DNA of 24,555 bases from a virus. Taxonomy: Duplodnaviria; Caudoviricetes. Below the pieces are notes generated by a model. That model searched no databases, was not told the origin of the DNA, and saw only the letters and a program-made list of their open reading frames with translations. The translations under genes were made by a program, and so were the position numbers. This document shows, in pieces, positions 1-9,780 of this stretch; the first letter of the stretch is position 1; the number at the start of each line of letters is the position of its first letter. The stretch covers positions 1-24,555 of the IMG/VR virus record IMGVR_UViG_3300006120_000747. One strand, 5' to 3'.

Positions 1-329
1 AACGCTGTTGCGTCCGGGGCTGGTTCATATCTTCCACTCATTACCTCATTAATATACATTTTTGCCAATCGCCGGGCAGTACCTTTACTACTAGGATCTG
101 TTTCTGTGTCAATCAGCAAGGTCTTCAGCACTTGTTCAAATGCCTCAGTTGCTTCGTCTATTAGTTTTTTGCGATAGATATCAGACAAGTATTCGCTAAT
201 ATTATCGTTAGCCCAGAATCTCTTGCCATCTCGCTTCATTCTAAAACGAATAGTATCTGCCAATGTAGATTCTTGATAGCCACCGTCTCCGGCCATTGCA
301 TCTAATGCTGTTTCTTGTTTGTTTGTCAA
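1..329 (-). CDS. folE: GTP cyclohydrolase I (FolE), N-terminal part; gene runs off the left edge
   Basis: Not in the ORF track. Hand translation from TTG at 329: MTNKQETALDAMAGDGGYQESTLADTIRFRMKRDGKRFWANDNISEYLSDIYRKKLIDEATEAFEQVLKTLLIDTETDPSSKGTARRLAKMYINEVMSGRYEPAPDATA. The T-A-x-R-x-A-K-M-Y-x-x-E-V-x-x-G segment is typical of FolE. GGAG Shine-Dalgarno at 337-340. Confidence 0.9.
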   Translation of the reverse strand, partial: MTNKQETALDAMAGDGGYQESTLADTIRFRMKRDGKRFWANDNISEYLSDIYRKKLIDEATEAFEQVLKTLLIDTETDPSSKGTARRLAKMYINEVMSGRYEPAPDATA

Positions 330-369
330 TTTTGTTCTCCGAGTTATAAGACGTGGATGTCATGTATTA

Positions 370-398
370 ATTGTATGATATTTAGACCATGATGTCAA
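370..398 (-). promoter_or_regulatory. sigma70-type promoter for folE (TTGACA-17 bp-TACAAT) with TCTAAATA in the spacer
   Basis: -35 TTGACA at 398-393, -10 TACAAT at 375-370, spacer exactly 17 nt; CTAAATA at 385-379. Confidence 0.75.
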
Positions 399-434
399 CA
401 CCAATTAAATATCTAATCATCAAAAGGAGAAACA

Positions 435-1364
435 ATGATAAAACGTTTATTATACGCAGTGGTGTTATGGTTAGCTGCAACAACAGGCTATGCACAAGAA
501 ATAATCACTGTGGTGAATGCACAAGGCCCTAGCCAAAGCATGACGCCTCAAATTTTTAAAATTGTGGATACAGCCAATTCTGTTCAATCAAAATATAAAT
601 TTGTACTAGAGTTCAAAACTGGAGGCTTTGAAAGCATTGGTATTAGGTATATGTTGGAAAATCCCGCCGAACGTATTGCTACCATTACCAACAGTGTGAT
701 TGAGAGTGTGGACCGTGGTTTTGTAAATTTAAATGATATTGTGCCAGTGTTCAGTCACGGTGATGCCTGCTGGGCAGTGGTAACTAATTTTGGAAACAGT
801 GATTCTGGATTAGAAAGTATTAGAAAAGAAAATATCAAAGAATTGGTTGTTGGCGGCCCTGCAATTGGAGGTGCTGCACATCTTGTTGCACTAGAAGTAG
901 GACGTCAGTATCAGATTCCCGTAAGATACATTGTGTACAAATCCAATTATGACGCTATGGTGGGCATGGCAGCTGGTGACGGCATAAACTTTGTGATGGA
1001 TCGATTGGTAAATTATCAAAATTTAGCCAATAAAAATAATTCACATCTGCAGGCACTAGGAATAAACTGTGCCACGCGACATGGTGATTTTCCCATGGTC
1101 AAAACTTTGAAAGAACAAAAATTAAATGGGCCCTATATTTGGCAATTCACAGTGGCGTCTGTCAAAATGCCCGAAGAAAAACGCAACGAAATTGCACAAA
1201 TATTTGCACTATCGACCAAGACTATAGGTCAAGAAGATCTTTTTAAATCTGGCGATTTTGTGAGTCAACCATTTTCCGCTCAAGCAGTCAGATCACATTA
1301 TGATAAAAGCATTGGTACTTTATTAAACTATCGCAAAATCTATGCCAAAGAAATTCAAAACTGA
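435..1364 (+). CDS. Tripartite tricarboxylate transporter substrate-binding protein (TctC/Bug family), divergent
   Basis: Signal peptide (MIKRLLYAVVLWLAATTGYA); Bug-like segments VLEFKTGG, GGPAIGGAAHL, YIVYKS..DAM, R..DFPMVKTLKE, WQ...A...MP; AAGGAG SD upstream. Confidence 0.75.
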   Translation: MIKRLLYAVVLWLAATTGYAQEIITVVNAQGPSQSMTPQIFKIVDTANSVQSKYKFVLEFKTGGFESIGIRYMLENPAERIATITNSVIESVDRGFVNLNDIVPVFSHGDACWAVVTNFGNSDSGLESIRKENIKELVVGGPAIGGAAHLVALEVGRQYQIPVRYIVYKSNYDAMVGMAAGDGINFVMDRLVNYQNLANKNNSHLQALGINCATRHGDFPMVKTLKEQKLNGPYIWQFTVASVKMPEEKRNEIAQIFALSTKTIGQEDLFKSGDFVSQPFSAQAVRSHYDKSIGTLLNYRKIYAKEIQN

Positions 1365-2865
1365 TCTCAATTTTGCTCATTATGTAATACAACACAATAA
1401 ACGACATCCTGATAAATTGGCCTTTCGAGATGGCACACAAGATTTAAGCTATAGAGATCTAATAGATAGAATTCCAAGAATTGCGCAAGGACTGTTGGCC
1501 AGTGGACTGGCTCCAGGGGACCATGTGATTATCTGCATGGAGGATTGTGTGGACTGGCCGTGCGTGTTTTTGGGTTGTCTTTATGCAGGCATAGTACCCA
1601 CACCATTGAGCCATGCGCTTGGATCGCATTTATTTTATCAATTAGCTGATTTTGTTGGGTGTAAAACTATACTAGCTGGTAACAATTTTAAAAACCCATC
1701 TAATAATCTTGTGCCTGTGATCACTCGTGACAATTTGGTAAATTTCTACACAGAGTTTGATGGCACGGTGGACTGTTACTTGCCTGACAGTGACTTTGTG
1801 GCATTTATGCATGTCAGCAGCGGGTCAACCGGCTTGCCCAAGGTAGCTATGCATAGACATCAAACGCTATTTGCTATGTTGTCAATAAGTCCAAAAACCA
1901 GTTACGGAATGACAGAGCACAGTGTGATTCTAAGCATACCTAAACTGTCCTGGAATTTTGGCCTGCACAACAGTATTACCTATGTCACAGGGTTAGGTGC
2001 TACTGCCATACTAATGCCAGAAGCTCCGATTGTGTCTGTGATATTCCAGTATATAAATCAGTACAGACCCACTATTGTGGTAACATCTCCTAGCATAATT
2101 AGAAAACTAGTAGGCAAGCCAGCAGACAAATTCTCCTTGCCTGACAGTATCCAGCATTTTCACAGCAGTGGCGAGGATCTTCCTCGTGCACTATATGATA
2201 AATTTCTATCGCGTTTTGGACTCAAGCTGAACTGTTGCATTGGTATGATGGAGACTGCTTCCAATTATGCAGCCAACCCGGACTGGGAACATCAACCTGG
2301 AACAATTGGTAAACCGTTGCCAGGTTGCAAAATACAAATTCGCGATCATGAAATTTATGTTTGCAGTCCAGCTGCAGCAGTTGGATACTACAGAGATCCA
2401 GAAAAAACCAGTCAAACATTTGTCAATGGCTGGGTACGCACAGGAGACCGTGCACACTGGAACGAACAAGGAAATCTTGTGTTCGACGGGCGAGTGGACG
2501 ATGTGTTTAAAGTCAACGACCTGGTGGTCAATCCAATTGAGATAGAAGCAGTGATCTTGCAGAATTTTACAGTGGATCAAGTCATGATATATCGTGGCAT
2601 CAACTTGAAAGGTGTTGCTGAAGTGTGTGCTTGTATTGTACCCACTGATCAATTTGATCTAAACGAATTCAATAGTTGGCTAGTATCCAGGTTAATGACG
2701 CATCAAATACCAAAAAAAATTACTATTGCGTCGGTACTGCCAGAAACAGTGACTAACAAAAAAAATAGAAAATCAGTCGATCTTCTTGGTCAGACTGCCA
2801 GCCTGGTCAATGCATCTGTTACCATAGTAAGTGCCAGTGCTGACTATATTTTTAGTCACAGTTGA
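1342..2865 (+). CDS. AMP-binding acyl/aryl-CoA ligase (ANL superfamily, benzoate-CoA-ligase-like)
   Basis: A3 loop SSGSTGLPK, SGEDLP, GMME, RTGD, GRVDDVFKV and A10 LPETVTNK. The last ~30 codons overlap the convergent minus-strand gene. Confidence 0.9.
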   Translation: MPKKFKTDLNFAHYVIQHNKRHPDKLAFRDGTQDLSYRDLIDRIPRIAQGLLASGLAPGDHVIICMEDCVDWPCVFLGCLYAGIVPTPLSHALGSHLFYQLADFVGCKTILAGNNFKNPSNNLVPVITRDNLVNFYTEFDGTVDCYLPDSDFVAFMHVSSGSTGLPKVAMHRHQTLFAMLSISPKTSYGMTEHSVILSIPKLSWNFGLHNSITYVTGLGATAILMPEAPIVSVIFQYINQYRPTIVVTSPSIIRKLVGKPADKFSLPDSIQHFHSSGEDLPRALYDKFLSRFGLKLNCCIGMMETASNYAANPDWEHQPGTIGKPLPGCKIQIRDHEIYVCSPAAAVGYYRDPEKTSQTFVNGWVRTGDRAHWNEQGNLVFDGRVDDVFKVNDLVVNPIEIEAVILQNFTVDQVMIYRGINLKGVAEVCACIVPTDQFDLNEFNSWLVSRLMTHQIPKKITIASVLPETVTNKKNRKSVDLLGQTASLVNASVTIVSASADYIFSHS

Positions 2866-3417
2866 TCCTATAATAAAATTACAATAATCTACAGTTTTAG
2901 TGGGGGCATCTCGCGAGCCAACCACACTGGTTCGTGCTGCCATATAGGATCCGTTGCCTATCGTGGCATACAAAAACTGTGCGAATGGCCCCACATGACA
3001 AAAATCACCAACTACAACTCCATGAGTCAATGCACAATGATGAGAGATTGTGGTATAATTACCAATTATTGTGCCGTCACACAACACATTGAAATCATCA
3101 ACAACCACACCGCGTCCAATGGTGACATCAAAGCCAATATGATTATGATCAGCTATCACACTAAAATAACTGGGGCTGAACGATGCTAGTCCTTCTATTA
3201 CCATTTTCTTAAATGGTATATTGGCTGCAGTAACAATAAATTGGTGTGAATCAAACCAAGTTTGATCTTTTGTCAACAGTTCTTCAAAACTGTATTGCAC
3301 AACTGATCTGTGATTGGCAAAATAATTCAGCAACAGCGAATTTGTAAATGATTTACCAATAAAACACAAAGTCATATTGTTATCGTGTAACAATTGATAT
3401 GTTAATTTGACATTCAT
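2773..3417 (-). CDS. Hexapeptide-repeat (left-handed beta-helix) acyltransferase, NeuD/PglD-like
   Basis: Repeats IGRGVV-VDDFNV-LCDGTI-IGNYTT-ISHHCA-LTHGVV-VGDFCH-VGP after an N-terminal Rossmann-like region; ATGA overlap with the upstream gene. Confidence 0.8.
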   Translation of the reverse strand: MNVKLTYQLLHDNNMTLCFIGKSFTNSLLLNYFANHRSVVQYSFEELLTKDQTWFDSHQFIVTAANIPFKKMVIEGLASFSPSYFSVIADHNHIGFDVTIGRGVVVDDFNVLCDGTIIGNYTTISHHCALTHGVVVGDFCHVGPFAQFLYATIGNGSYMAARTSVVGSRDAPTKTVDYCNFIIGSTVTKNIVSTGTYYGNRCIDQAGSLTKKID

Positions 3418-3935
3418 AGCAAAAATCCAGATACCTGCAGCGTGTATTTGTCTTGCATGCCTGCATTGGCGCCCAGATGTAAAATTTCACTGTCCCACAA
3501 CAGTGTGTCTCCAGCGCACCAATGGGTAAACACATTGTCTTCGTACTGTATAAAATGACCCAGCTTCCAGTCTTCCAAATGCACGTTGGCACGAACTTTG
3601 GTTTCAGTTCGTGTGGGATACATTGAGTTGATCTTGAAGAAGGTGTCTCTGTGCCATGGTATCACGCATCCAGGTGGTTGTTTAATACTACTCACGGTCA
3701 CAATCTCCATACACATCTGGCGACCTATTTCATCAAAATCAATTTGTGTGTTGTCCCACCATAGTTGATGTATCAAGGTGTTGTGATAGGTATATGTGGC
3801 CGGAAATCCACCAAATTTTTCATGTATATCAGTGAGTTCGTGAACTTGATGTTTGATACAACTACCTTCGTGTTGAGTATAATCTGCATTTAAAAACACA
3901 GACATGTCGTAGTTTAGTTTTAGTTGTTTAATCAT
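3414..3935 (-). CDS. Cupin/double-stranded beta-helix Fe(II) oxygenase-like protein
   Basis: PPGCVIPWHRD (HxD) and distal HLGAN His; W.AGD...WD pattern of DSBH hydroxylases. Confidence 0.65.
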   Translation of the reverse strand: MIKQLKLNYDMSVFLNADYTQHEGSCIKHQVHELTDIHEKFGGFPATYTYHNTLIHQLWWDNTQIDFDEIGRQMCMEIVTVSSIKQPPGCVIPWHRDTFFKINSMYPTRTETKVRANVHLEDWKLGHFIQYEDNVFTHWCAGDTLLWDSEILHLGANAGMQDKYTLQVSGFLL

Positions 3936-4836
3936 TGTTCAGATACTTGGCAAGACACAGTCTGTTGTTTGAGGTACTGTTGCGATTGTAATCTGGATAT
4001 AAATTATTATGGTCCAGACCAAAAATTACACTTTTACTTGGAGTGATACTCAACTCTTTACACAGTTTTAATTGTGCAGATCTGTATGTGTTATATATGT
4101 GATCCGGGTGGAATGAGTTCATTATTTCTACACCTACAGCTGCACCCAATCTATTTGTGTACAGTGTCTTGTTATTGACCAGTAAACTATCATCATCATC
4201 TGTTTTGGTATAACGAACCCCTATGCGTAGATGCGGTACGGGTAAAAATTTACTCATACTAAAAACAACATCTGTGACGGCAGGATGTGAAAAATCAAAT
4301 GTCATATCCCCACATATGCCAAAGTATGCACAGTCTACTAATACAGGAATGTTTAATTGAGCACAAGTGTTTAAAATTTCTTGTGTGCGATTGTGCTCTT
4401 GGCCTGTGTTAGCAAACGGAAAACTTATTACCACTGCATCATTAGATTCTAATGGTTTGTCGTCGATGTATTGCCAGTCTGGGAAATAATTTTTCCAAGC
4501 CGCCATGTGATACATGTACTCACCGCGCAGGCATCTAAAACGACGTGTATGATGTTTGAGATAAAATTTATCAAAACTTTCAGATGTGCCATTGCTGTAA
4601 GCTCCAATGGCAAACTGATCCAGGCCAATTATTTGGTTAAGTTTACTTGACAATATCCATTGTTTGTAGAGACTGGTAAAATTATCTTGAATTGATAAAT
4701 TTTGCAAACAGTTGTTTTTGATTGCAGTGTTGACCATCTGGTCAACAATGGTGGTAAATTCAGGATTGACCACTGCTTCAGCACCACCATAAGGCAGTTT
4801 TTTTCTATCTGGCATTACTAAAATATTTTTGTTCAT
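3928..4836 (-). CDS. PLP-dependent aminotransferase/decarboxylase-like enzyme (fold type I)
   Basis: GTSESF, SFPFANTG, VLVDCAY (PLP Asp), FSMSK (Schiff-base Lys), LRIG. Confidence 0.75.
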   Translation of the reverse strand: MNKNILVMPDRKKLPYGGAEAVVNPEFTTIVDQMVNTAIKNNCLQNLSIQDNFTSLYKQWILSSKLNQIIGLDQFAIGAYSNGTSESFDKFYLKHHTRRFRCLRGEYMYHMAAWKNYFPDWQYIDDKPLESNDAVVISFPFANTGQEHNRTQEILNTCAQLNIPVLVDCAYFGICGDMTFDFSHPAVTDVVFSMSKFLPVPHLRIGVRYTKTDDDDSLLVNNKTLYTNRLGAAVGVEIMNSFHPDHIYNTYRSAQLKLCKELSITPSKSVIFGLDHNNLYPDYNRNSTSNNRLCLAKYLNND

Positions 4837-5609
4837 TTATGTGTTCGGTCGTCGAATGGTTGTTTTTGTTTGTCGTCCCACCAGTACAAGCTACGATGTG
4901 GCGTTGTTCTGGGTTGCCCGTCGCTTTGAAAATAAAACACACGCAGATTCATGCGCACTTGATCTTCTGGGCACTCCAATGGAGCCGGATACCCATGTAG
5001 CAATCTTGGATCGTAATTCCATATCAACAATCTATTGGGTCGTGGCATTATAGATTGAAGGATTTGTTTTTTGTCAAAATCCCAGAATTCCAAACTGCCT
5101 TTCCATGACTCTTCCCAAACAGGATTGATATACAATATCAAACTTAGTTGTCGATTAAGTGCCAGCTCGTCGTTCCAATTAAAATCGGTGTGCAGTTTTA
5201 AACTGGCATTTTTATAGGTTTTACAAAGTCCTGCTCCAATCAAGTGCGGGTCTGGCACTAGTTTTTTATGATCAGTTAGTCTTTCTAACCAGTCAACAAA
5301 TACTCCAGAATTAAAACAATTGGTCAATGTGTGCAACACAGGTGTATTGATCATGGACTTGTATTCTTTCATGTGACTACCATTTCTGGTAAAGTCATTC
5401 CAAAGATATTCCGGGATATTGTTTGGTTCTTGAGACACTATTTTAAATATATCATCTGGCAAAAAATTATCCAGTACAATATGCGGCACAGGATTTCCTG
5501 ACTTGTAGTCCCAAAAATAGTCTCTGGGATTGATTTTTCGCATTAGATTGTTGAAAAAAACATAAAGTTTTTCGTGTACATCTTGTGTATCATTCATGGA
5601 TTGTGGCAT
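4833..5609 (-). CDS. 2-oxoglutarate/Fe(II)-dependent oxygenase
   Basis: HIVLDNFL, LKLHTD (HxD), LILYINP.W, GSLEFW, PRPNRL, distal LHG and R; start could be ATG 5609 or 5597. Confidence 0.85.
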   Translation of the reverse strand: MPQSMNDTQDVHEKLYVFFNNLMRKINPRDYFWDYKSGNPVPHIVLDNFLPDDIFKIVSQEPNNIPEYLWNDFTRNGSHMKEYKSMINTPVLHTLTNCFNSGVFVDWLERLTDHKKLVPDPHLIGAGLCKTYKNASLKLHTDFNWNDELALNRQLSLILYINPVWEESWKGSLEFWDFDKKQILQSIMPRPNRLLIWNYDPRLLHGYPAPLECPEDQVRMNLRVFYFQSDGQPRTTPHRSLYWWDDKQKQPFDDRTHK

Positions 5610-7407
5610 TGGTAAAAATATTTATATCACCCAATTGTGTAATAGAATTTTTTAGCAGACCTTTTCGTCGAGCTGCATACAGATCTTTAGAACTATCAAA
5701 TTGCGAATCAATTTTATAACTATGCACAGTGTCACTGGGCAATAGACTCTGGGAGTCTAGATTGATAGAAATAATATGGGGATAATCTACAGTATGATCA
5801 TATATAAAAGACTTTTGCAAAATAAGCAATTCAGATGTGGCCGAATCTACTAGATCCAGATAGGTTTGATTGCCCAGCTCAAACAATTGTTGTTTATTGT
5901 CATACATGAAATTATAACTGTAAGAATGTATAGCATGACCATTTTTATAAAAAGTCTTTCCACTGGTCAAGTATTCTGACACATAGTTTTTTAATTGTTG
6001 ATAATGCTCCGCAACCACAGAATCAAGCGGTATTTTATCATACAACGCATCGTAAAATTTTCTATAACTGATACCAGTTGCTCTAGCAGATTTAGCAGTG
6101 AGTTCGGTATATCCTGATATGTGGAAGTGTATGATCATCCAAGCGTACATATAACAGTCTATCAATTCCTGCGTAGACATGGTTGCGGTCTGATTGACCA
6201 ATTCAACATATTCTGTTATTTCTTCGTCACAATCGTTGTACATGGCCATGTAATCTTTGACCAATATTGTGCCAAGTTTGTGTGTTTTTCGACTGTCCTG
6301 GCTAGCCAACTCCGAATTTTTCAACAACTGACAAAACCATACTTCGATACTTTGATGTTGACCTATTTCTAACAGTTCAGTTATTCCATTACGCCAAGAC
6401 TCCAGCGTTTCGTCGGGCATGCCAAGAATCAGTTCGCTGTAAGTTTTAATATCACTCTGTGCACTGATTGCTAAAACTTCTTTTATATTATTGCTTGCTA
6501 AATTTTTACGCTTAATAGTGGTCAAAGTTTTATCATTCAGACTTTGCACGCTTAGAGTAAGTCCTTTGTTTAACGGACCAATAATTTTGGCTATGTCTAT
6601 CACTGTTTCGTTACTGTTCTTGGCAAATTGTATACTGATAGTTTCCACTTGGGTATTATACAGTTTATCGCGCATGATTTTGGCAATGGCAGTATCCCGC
6701 TCTTTAAAGATACCAAAATTAGCATCAGCACAATAAAAATAAGTCACAGGATTATTTGCCGCCCATTCAATTTCTGCAGTTACTTTTTCCAATGTAAATT
6801 GTTTGACTTTGCTATAGGTCAGACTGCCCCAATCGCAAAATGTACACGAATAAGGACATCCTCGATTGGTTTCCATGGTCATTTGCCATACTGCCGTGGG
6901 ATTTTGCTTTATTATTTTATCAAATACTCCAGTGGTGTATGGGCTAGGAATTTCTAGATACTCCATGCGTTGTCCTAGATACATGGGTTCAACTGCCCTA
7001 CCGTCAATTAAGGTTTTGCATATATCAACAAAGGCTTTTTCTCCTTCGCCCATAATTATACAATCTATAAATGTGTTGCTCAACGTATCAGTATTAATTT
7101 GCGGGCCGCCAAAGATTATTAAGCAGTTGGGCCAACGAGATTTGATTGCTTGGGCAGCTGCTAAACAATATTTTTCATTCCACAAATAGCAACTGAATCC
7201 GCAAACTGCTGGATTGTCCAACCGATCAATTAGCTTGGAGATTTTTTCTCGAGAAAAAATTAAATCTTTTAATTCAAAATTGTTGGATATCCAGTCATAT
7301 TGTGCTGCGTAACTCCATATACATCCTACACTGTACGGAATCCAATATTGAATTTTTGAATTAAAATCCATAGTGAACTGTGGCTGAAATAGATAAACAT
7401 TGAGCAT
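5590..7407 (-). CDS. Cobalamin-binding radical SAM enzyme (class B methyltransferase-like)
   Basis: B12-domain segments GFSCYLWN, IIFGGP, GEGE; ETNRGCPYSCTFC (CxxxCxxC); DANFG; ELILGMPDET. Start placed at ATG 7407 (MLNVYL), which avoids overlap with galE. Confidence 0.88.
   Translation of the reverse strand: MLNVYLFQPQFTMDFNSKIQYWIPYSVGCIWSYAAQYDWISNNFELKDLIFSREKISKLIDRLDNPAVCGFSCYLWNEKYCLAAAQAIKSRWPNCLIIFGGPQINTDTLSNTFIDCIIMGEGEKAFVDICKTLIDGRAVEPMYLGQRMEYLEIPSPYTTGVFDKIIKQNPTAVWQMTMETNRGCPYSCTFCDWGSLTYSKVKQFTLEKVTAEIEWAANNPVTYFYCADANFGIFKERDTAIAKIMRDKLYNTQVETISIQFAKNSNETVIDIAKIIGPLNKGLTLSVQSLNDKTLTTIKRKNLASNNIKEVLAISAQSDIKTYSELILGMPDETLESWRNGITELLEIGQHQSIEVWFCQLLKNSELASQDSRKTHKLGTILVKDYMAMYNDCDEEITEYVELVNQTATMSTQELIDCYMYAWMIIHFHISGYTELTAKSARATGISYRKFYDALYDKIPLDSVVAEHYQQLKNYVSEYLTSGKTFYKNGHAIHSYSYNFMYDNKQQLFELGNQTYLDLVDSATSELLILQKSFIYDHTVDYPHIISINLDSQSLLPSDTVHSYKIDSQFDSSKDLYAARRKGLLKNSITQLGDINIFTNATIHE
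5619..5626 (-). promoter_or_regulatory. T4-type late promoter element TATAAATA
   Basis: Exact T4 gp55 late consensus, 9 nt upstream of ATG 5609, inside the 3' end of the radical SAM gene. Confidence 0.5.
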
Positions 7408-7412
7408 TAAAC

Positions 7413-7419
7413 TACTTAT
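7413..7419 (-). promoter_or_regulatory. Late-promoter-like ATAAGTA
   Basis: 5 nt upstream of ATG 7407 with no SD; same geometry as ATAAATA before 19827 and 23070. Confidence 0.4.
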
Positions 7420-8360
7420 CGGGAGTACCAGTTCCAAGCATGTTTTATTATGTCTGACAGATCAAATTGCGGTTTCCAGTTGGTCATGGTCTGGAATTTT
7501 GTTGAATCAGCAGTGAGCTGAGAGGGATCTCCCTCTCGCCGGCCTTTTAATTCTACTGCCATATTTACTCCAACTACTTGTGCAATACGATGTATAACTT
7601 CTAAATTGCTGGTACCTTGATTGGTTCCAAGATTATATACTCCAACAAGTACAGACTGATCTAGTGCTGTAACATGGGCATCAGCAATGTCTTCCACATG
7701 GACATAGTCACGAATGCAGGTACCATCAGCAGTTTCATAATTGTTACCATACAATGCAAACCCAATCTGATTTTTAACGCTTTCTAATGCTCTAGCAATG
7801 ATGTGTGTAGCACCGGGTTCTTGGCCATGTCGTCCTTGACAGTCTGCTCCTGCTGCATTGAAATATCTAAATGCCACGTAGTCAAGACCATATGCTCGAT
7901 GATACCCACGCAAAATCCATTCTATGGCCAATTTGCTTTCGCCATAAGGGCTAATAGGTTCACAAGGGTCAACTTCACTACAAGGTACCATGATAGGAAC
8001 TCCATACACCGCCGCACTTGAACTAAAAATAATTCTAGTTCTAATAGAATTTTTTACAACAGTATCCAGCAATGTCAAGGTCTTCACTGTGTTGTTATGA
8101 TAGTATTCTTGCGGATTTATCATACTAGGACCCACAAGACTGGTACCAGCACAGTGCACAATGGCATCAATATTACCACTACTGATAAATTTCAGCACTG
8201 TGTCGCTGGCAAAATCTTCTTGGATAAAATTTTCAAAGCAGGTCAGATGAGACGGGCAAGGTCTAAGGTCAATACCTACTACCGAATGCCCGGCATCGGC
8301 TAATTTAAGTGCTACATGTCCGCCAATATAACCAGAAGCTCCTGTAACTGCTACTATCAT
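7416..8360 (-). CDS. galE: UDP-glucose 4-epimerase (NAD-dependent, extended SDR)
   Basis: TGASGYIG, FSSSAAVYG, YGESK (YxxxK), RYFNAAGA, DGTCIRDYVHVEDIADAH, YNLGT, RREGDP. Confidence 0.9.
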   Translation of the reverse strand: MIVAVTGASGYIGGHVALKLADAGHSVVGIDLRPCPSHLTCFENFIQEDFASDTVLKFISSGNIDAIVHCAGTSLVGPSMINPQEYYHNNTVKTLTLLDTVVKNSIRTRIIFSSSAAVYGVPIMVPCSEVDPCEPISPYGESKLAIEWILRGYHRAYGLDYVAFRYFNAAGADCQGRHGQEPGATHIIARALESVKNQIGFALYGNNYETADGTCIRDYVHVEDIADAHVTALDQSVLVGVYNLGTNQGTSNLEVIHRIAQVVGVNMAVELKGRREGDPSQLTADSTKFQTMTNWKPQFDLSDIIKHAWNWYSR

Positions 8361-9559
8361 GATTCAATCTTTACCACAGTATATTTGTCTCCTGGCACAT
8401 GGTCTCTGTATCTATTGCCACTGCGATTCCATTGTTCGCCTTTGCCTTGCATGATATCAATCACACGGTCAATGGTACCGTTGTTCCAGTCTGAAATCAG
8501 GCCCATGTTGTGATGTGGATGTTGTAACAGATTATTTAATTTAATATACGCATCATCTATAGACCAAGGAACATAAAGTCTGTTAGGGTCATTAGCAAAA
8601 GTTTCAGGGAAAGACCTATAAGCAGGGTATAGTACGTTACACCCAAGACTATCTGCTTCACTGACTGTGTTGGAAACCCAATCTTGAAGAGCGCAATTAA
8701 AGAGCACCCTAGTATCATTGAGCAAAGAATAGTAATCATTTTTATTTAAATTATCATAGATTTTTAGTTTACCTTCATGTGCCAACGAGTCAGCCCGATT
8801 AATGTATTCAGGATTGTTACTACGCAACGGACCACCGGAATAGATAGCAAACTCCACTGGGTACGGACCTTGTTGATGCCACATTTCAATGAGATCCATA
8901 AAGAATCCAGGTTGCTTTTCTTGATCAAATCTTGCAGCAAAGCCCACACGCATGGCACGATTTTCAAATGGTTGAATATTATTTGCACCTCCGATACGCT
9001 CTAACACTTCAGATTTACCAAATGCTAGGCCCGAAATATTGTATATAGGAGCACGCCATCCAGCAATGCGCATGTGAGCAACCATTTCTTCGTTTGTGGC
9101 GAGAACTCCTGTAACAAATTCGTTAACCATTTGTTCGTACAGGCCCATCCATCGCGCCATACTCCAAACATGTACAAAATCGTCAGGATCAATGGATTGA
9201 GCAAGACAGCGCACATACACACGAGGGCGTTGGTCAGCTGGTACCTGATCAAGAATATAAGGCAACGATTCCATACCAGGTTGAAACATGTCTTCAAAGT
9301 AGATAACATCTTCATGGGTGACTTCTCCGTTCTTCATTAGCTGAACCAGGTTCATCATCTGGCTCATGCTAAAATAACTGCGACCGTGTGCGTCTAGCAC
9401 CTGACCCACAGAAATAGCCTGTGTGTTGTCAATGGTGGTACCTGAAACATATACAACATCTAGTCCTCGCTGATTGAACACTCGACGGTTCCATTCTGTC
9501 AGTTGTAATGTATAACGGGCCTCGTAACTTTCGAGCCCCATGTAATAGAGTTTTCTCAT
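8357..9559 (-). CDS. GT-B fold glycosyltransferase (GT4-like)
   Basis: C-terminal FAARFDQEKQP and QDWVSNTVSEA..LGC..LYP..RSFPE (D/E-x7-E nucleotide-sugar motif); ATGA overlap with galE. Confidence 0.8.
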   Translation of the reverse strand: MRKLYYMGLESYEARYTLQLTEWNRRVFNQRGLDVVYVSGTTIDNTQAISVGQVLDAHGRSYFSMSQMMNLVQLMKNGEVTHEDVIYFEDMFQPGMESLPYILDQVPADQRPRVYVRCLAQSIDPDDFVHVWSMARWMGLYEQMVNEFVTGVLATNEEMVAHMRIAGWRAPIYNISGLAFGKSEVLERIGGANNIQPFENRAMRVGFAARFDQEKQPGFFMDLIEMWHQQGPYPVEFAIYSGGPLRSNNPEYINRADSLAHEGKLKIYDNLNKNDYYSLLNDTRVLFNCALQDWVSNTVSEADSLGCNVLYPAYRSFPETFANDPNRLYVPWSIDDAYIKLNNLLQHPHHNMGLISDWNNGTIDRVIDIMQGKGEQWNRSGNRYRDHVPGDKYTVVKIES

Positions 9560-9780
9560 GTGCGATATCCTGCAAATCTACGACCATCTTCGGCCCACAT
9601 GTTTTTGGCATTTTTGCCTTGGTGCCATTTATTGAACTGTTGCCAAGCATAACTTTTAAAGTTATAAAGATCTCCCTCGTTGTAGCGATATCCGTAGTCT
9701 TGACAGAATTCTAAAAACTGTTCGAGGTCTTCAAAAATTGCTTGCACTCGGGGATTAGGGGTATGATGTTTTTGACCCAT
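9556..9780 (-). CDS. Small hypothetical phage protein
   Basis: AAGGA SD; ATGA overlap with the glycosyltransferase start. Confidence 0.7.
   Translation of the reverse strand: MGQKHHTPNPRVQAIFEDLEQFLEFCQDYGYRYNEGDLYNFKSYAWQQFNKWHQGKNAKNMWAEDGRRFAGYRT

Noticed and set aside
7408-7437. Track start at 7437 for the radical SAM gene (and 16083 for the methyltransferase)
   Set aside because: Both TTG starts overlap the upstream gene; ATG 7407 and ATG 16074 fit the promoter spacing and stop-start coupling better.
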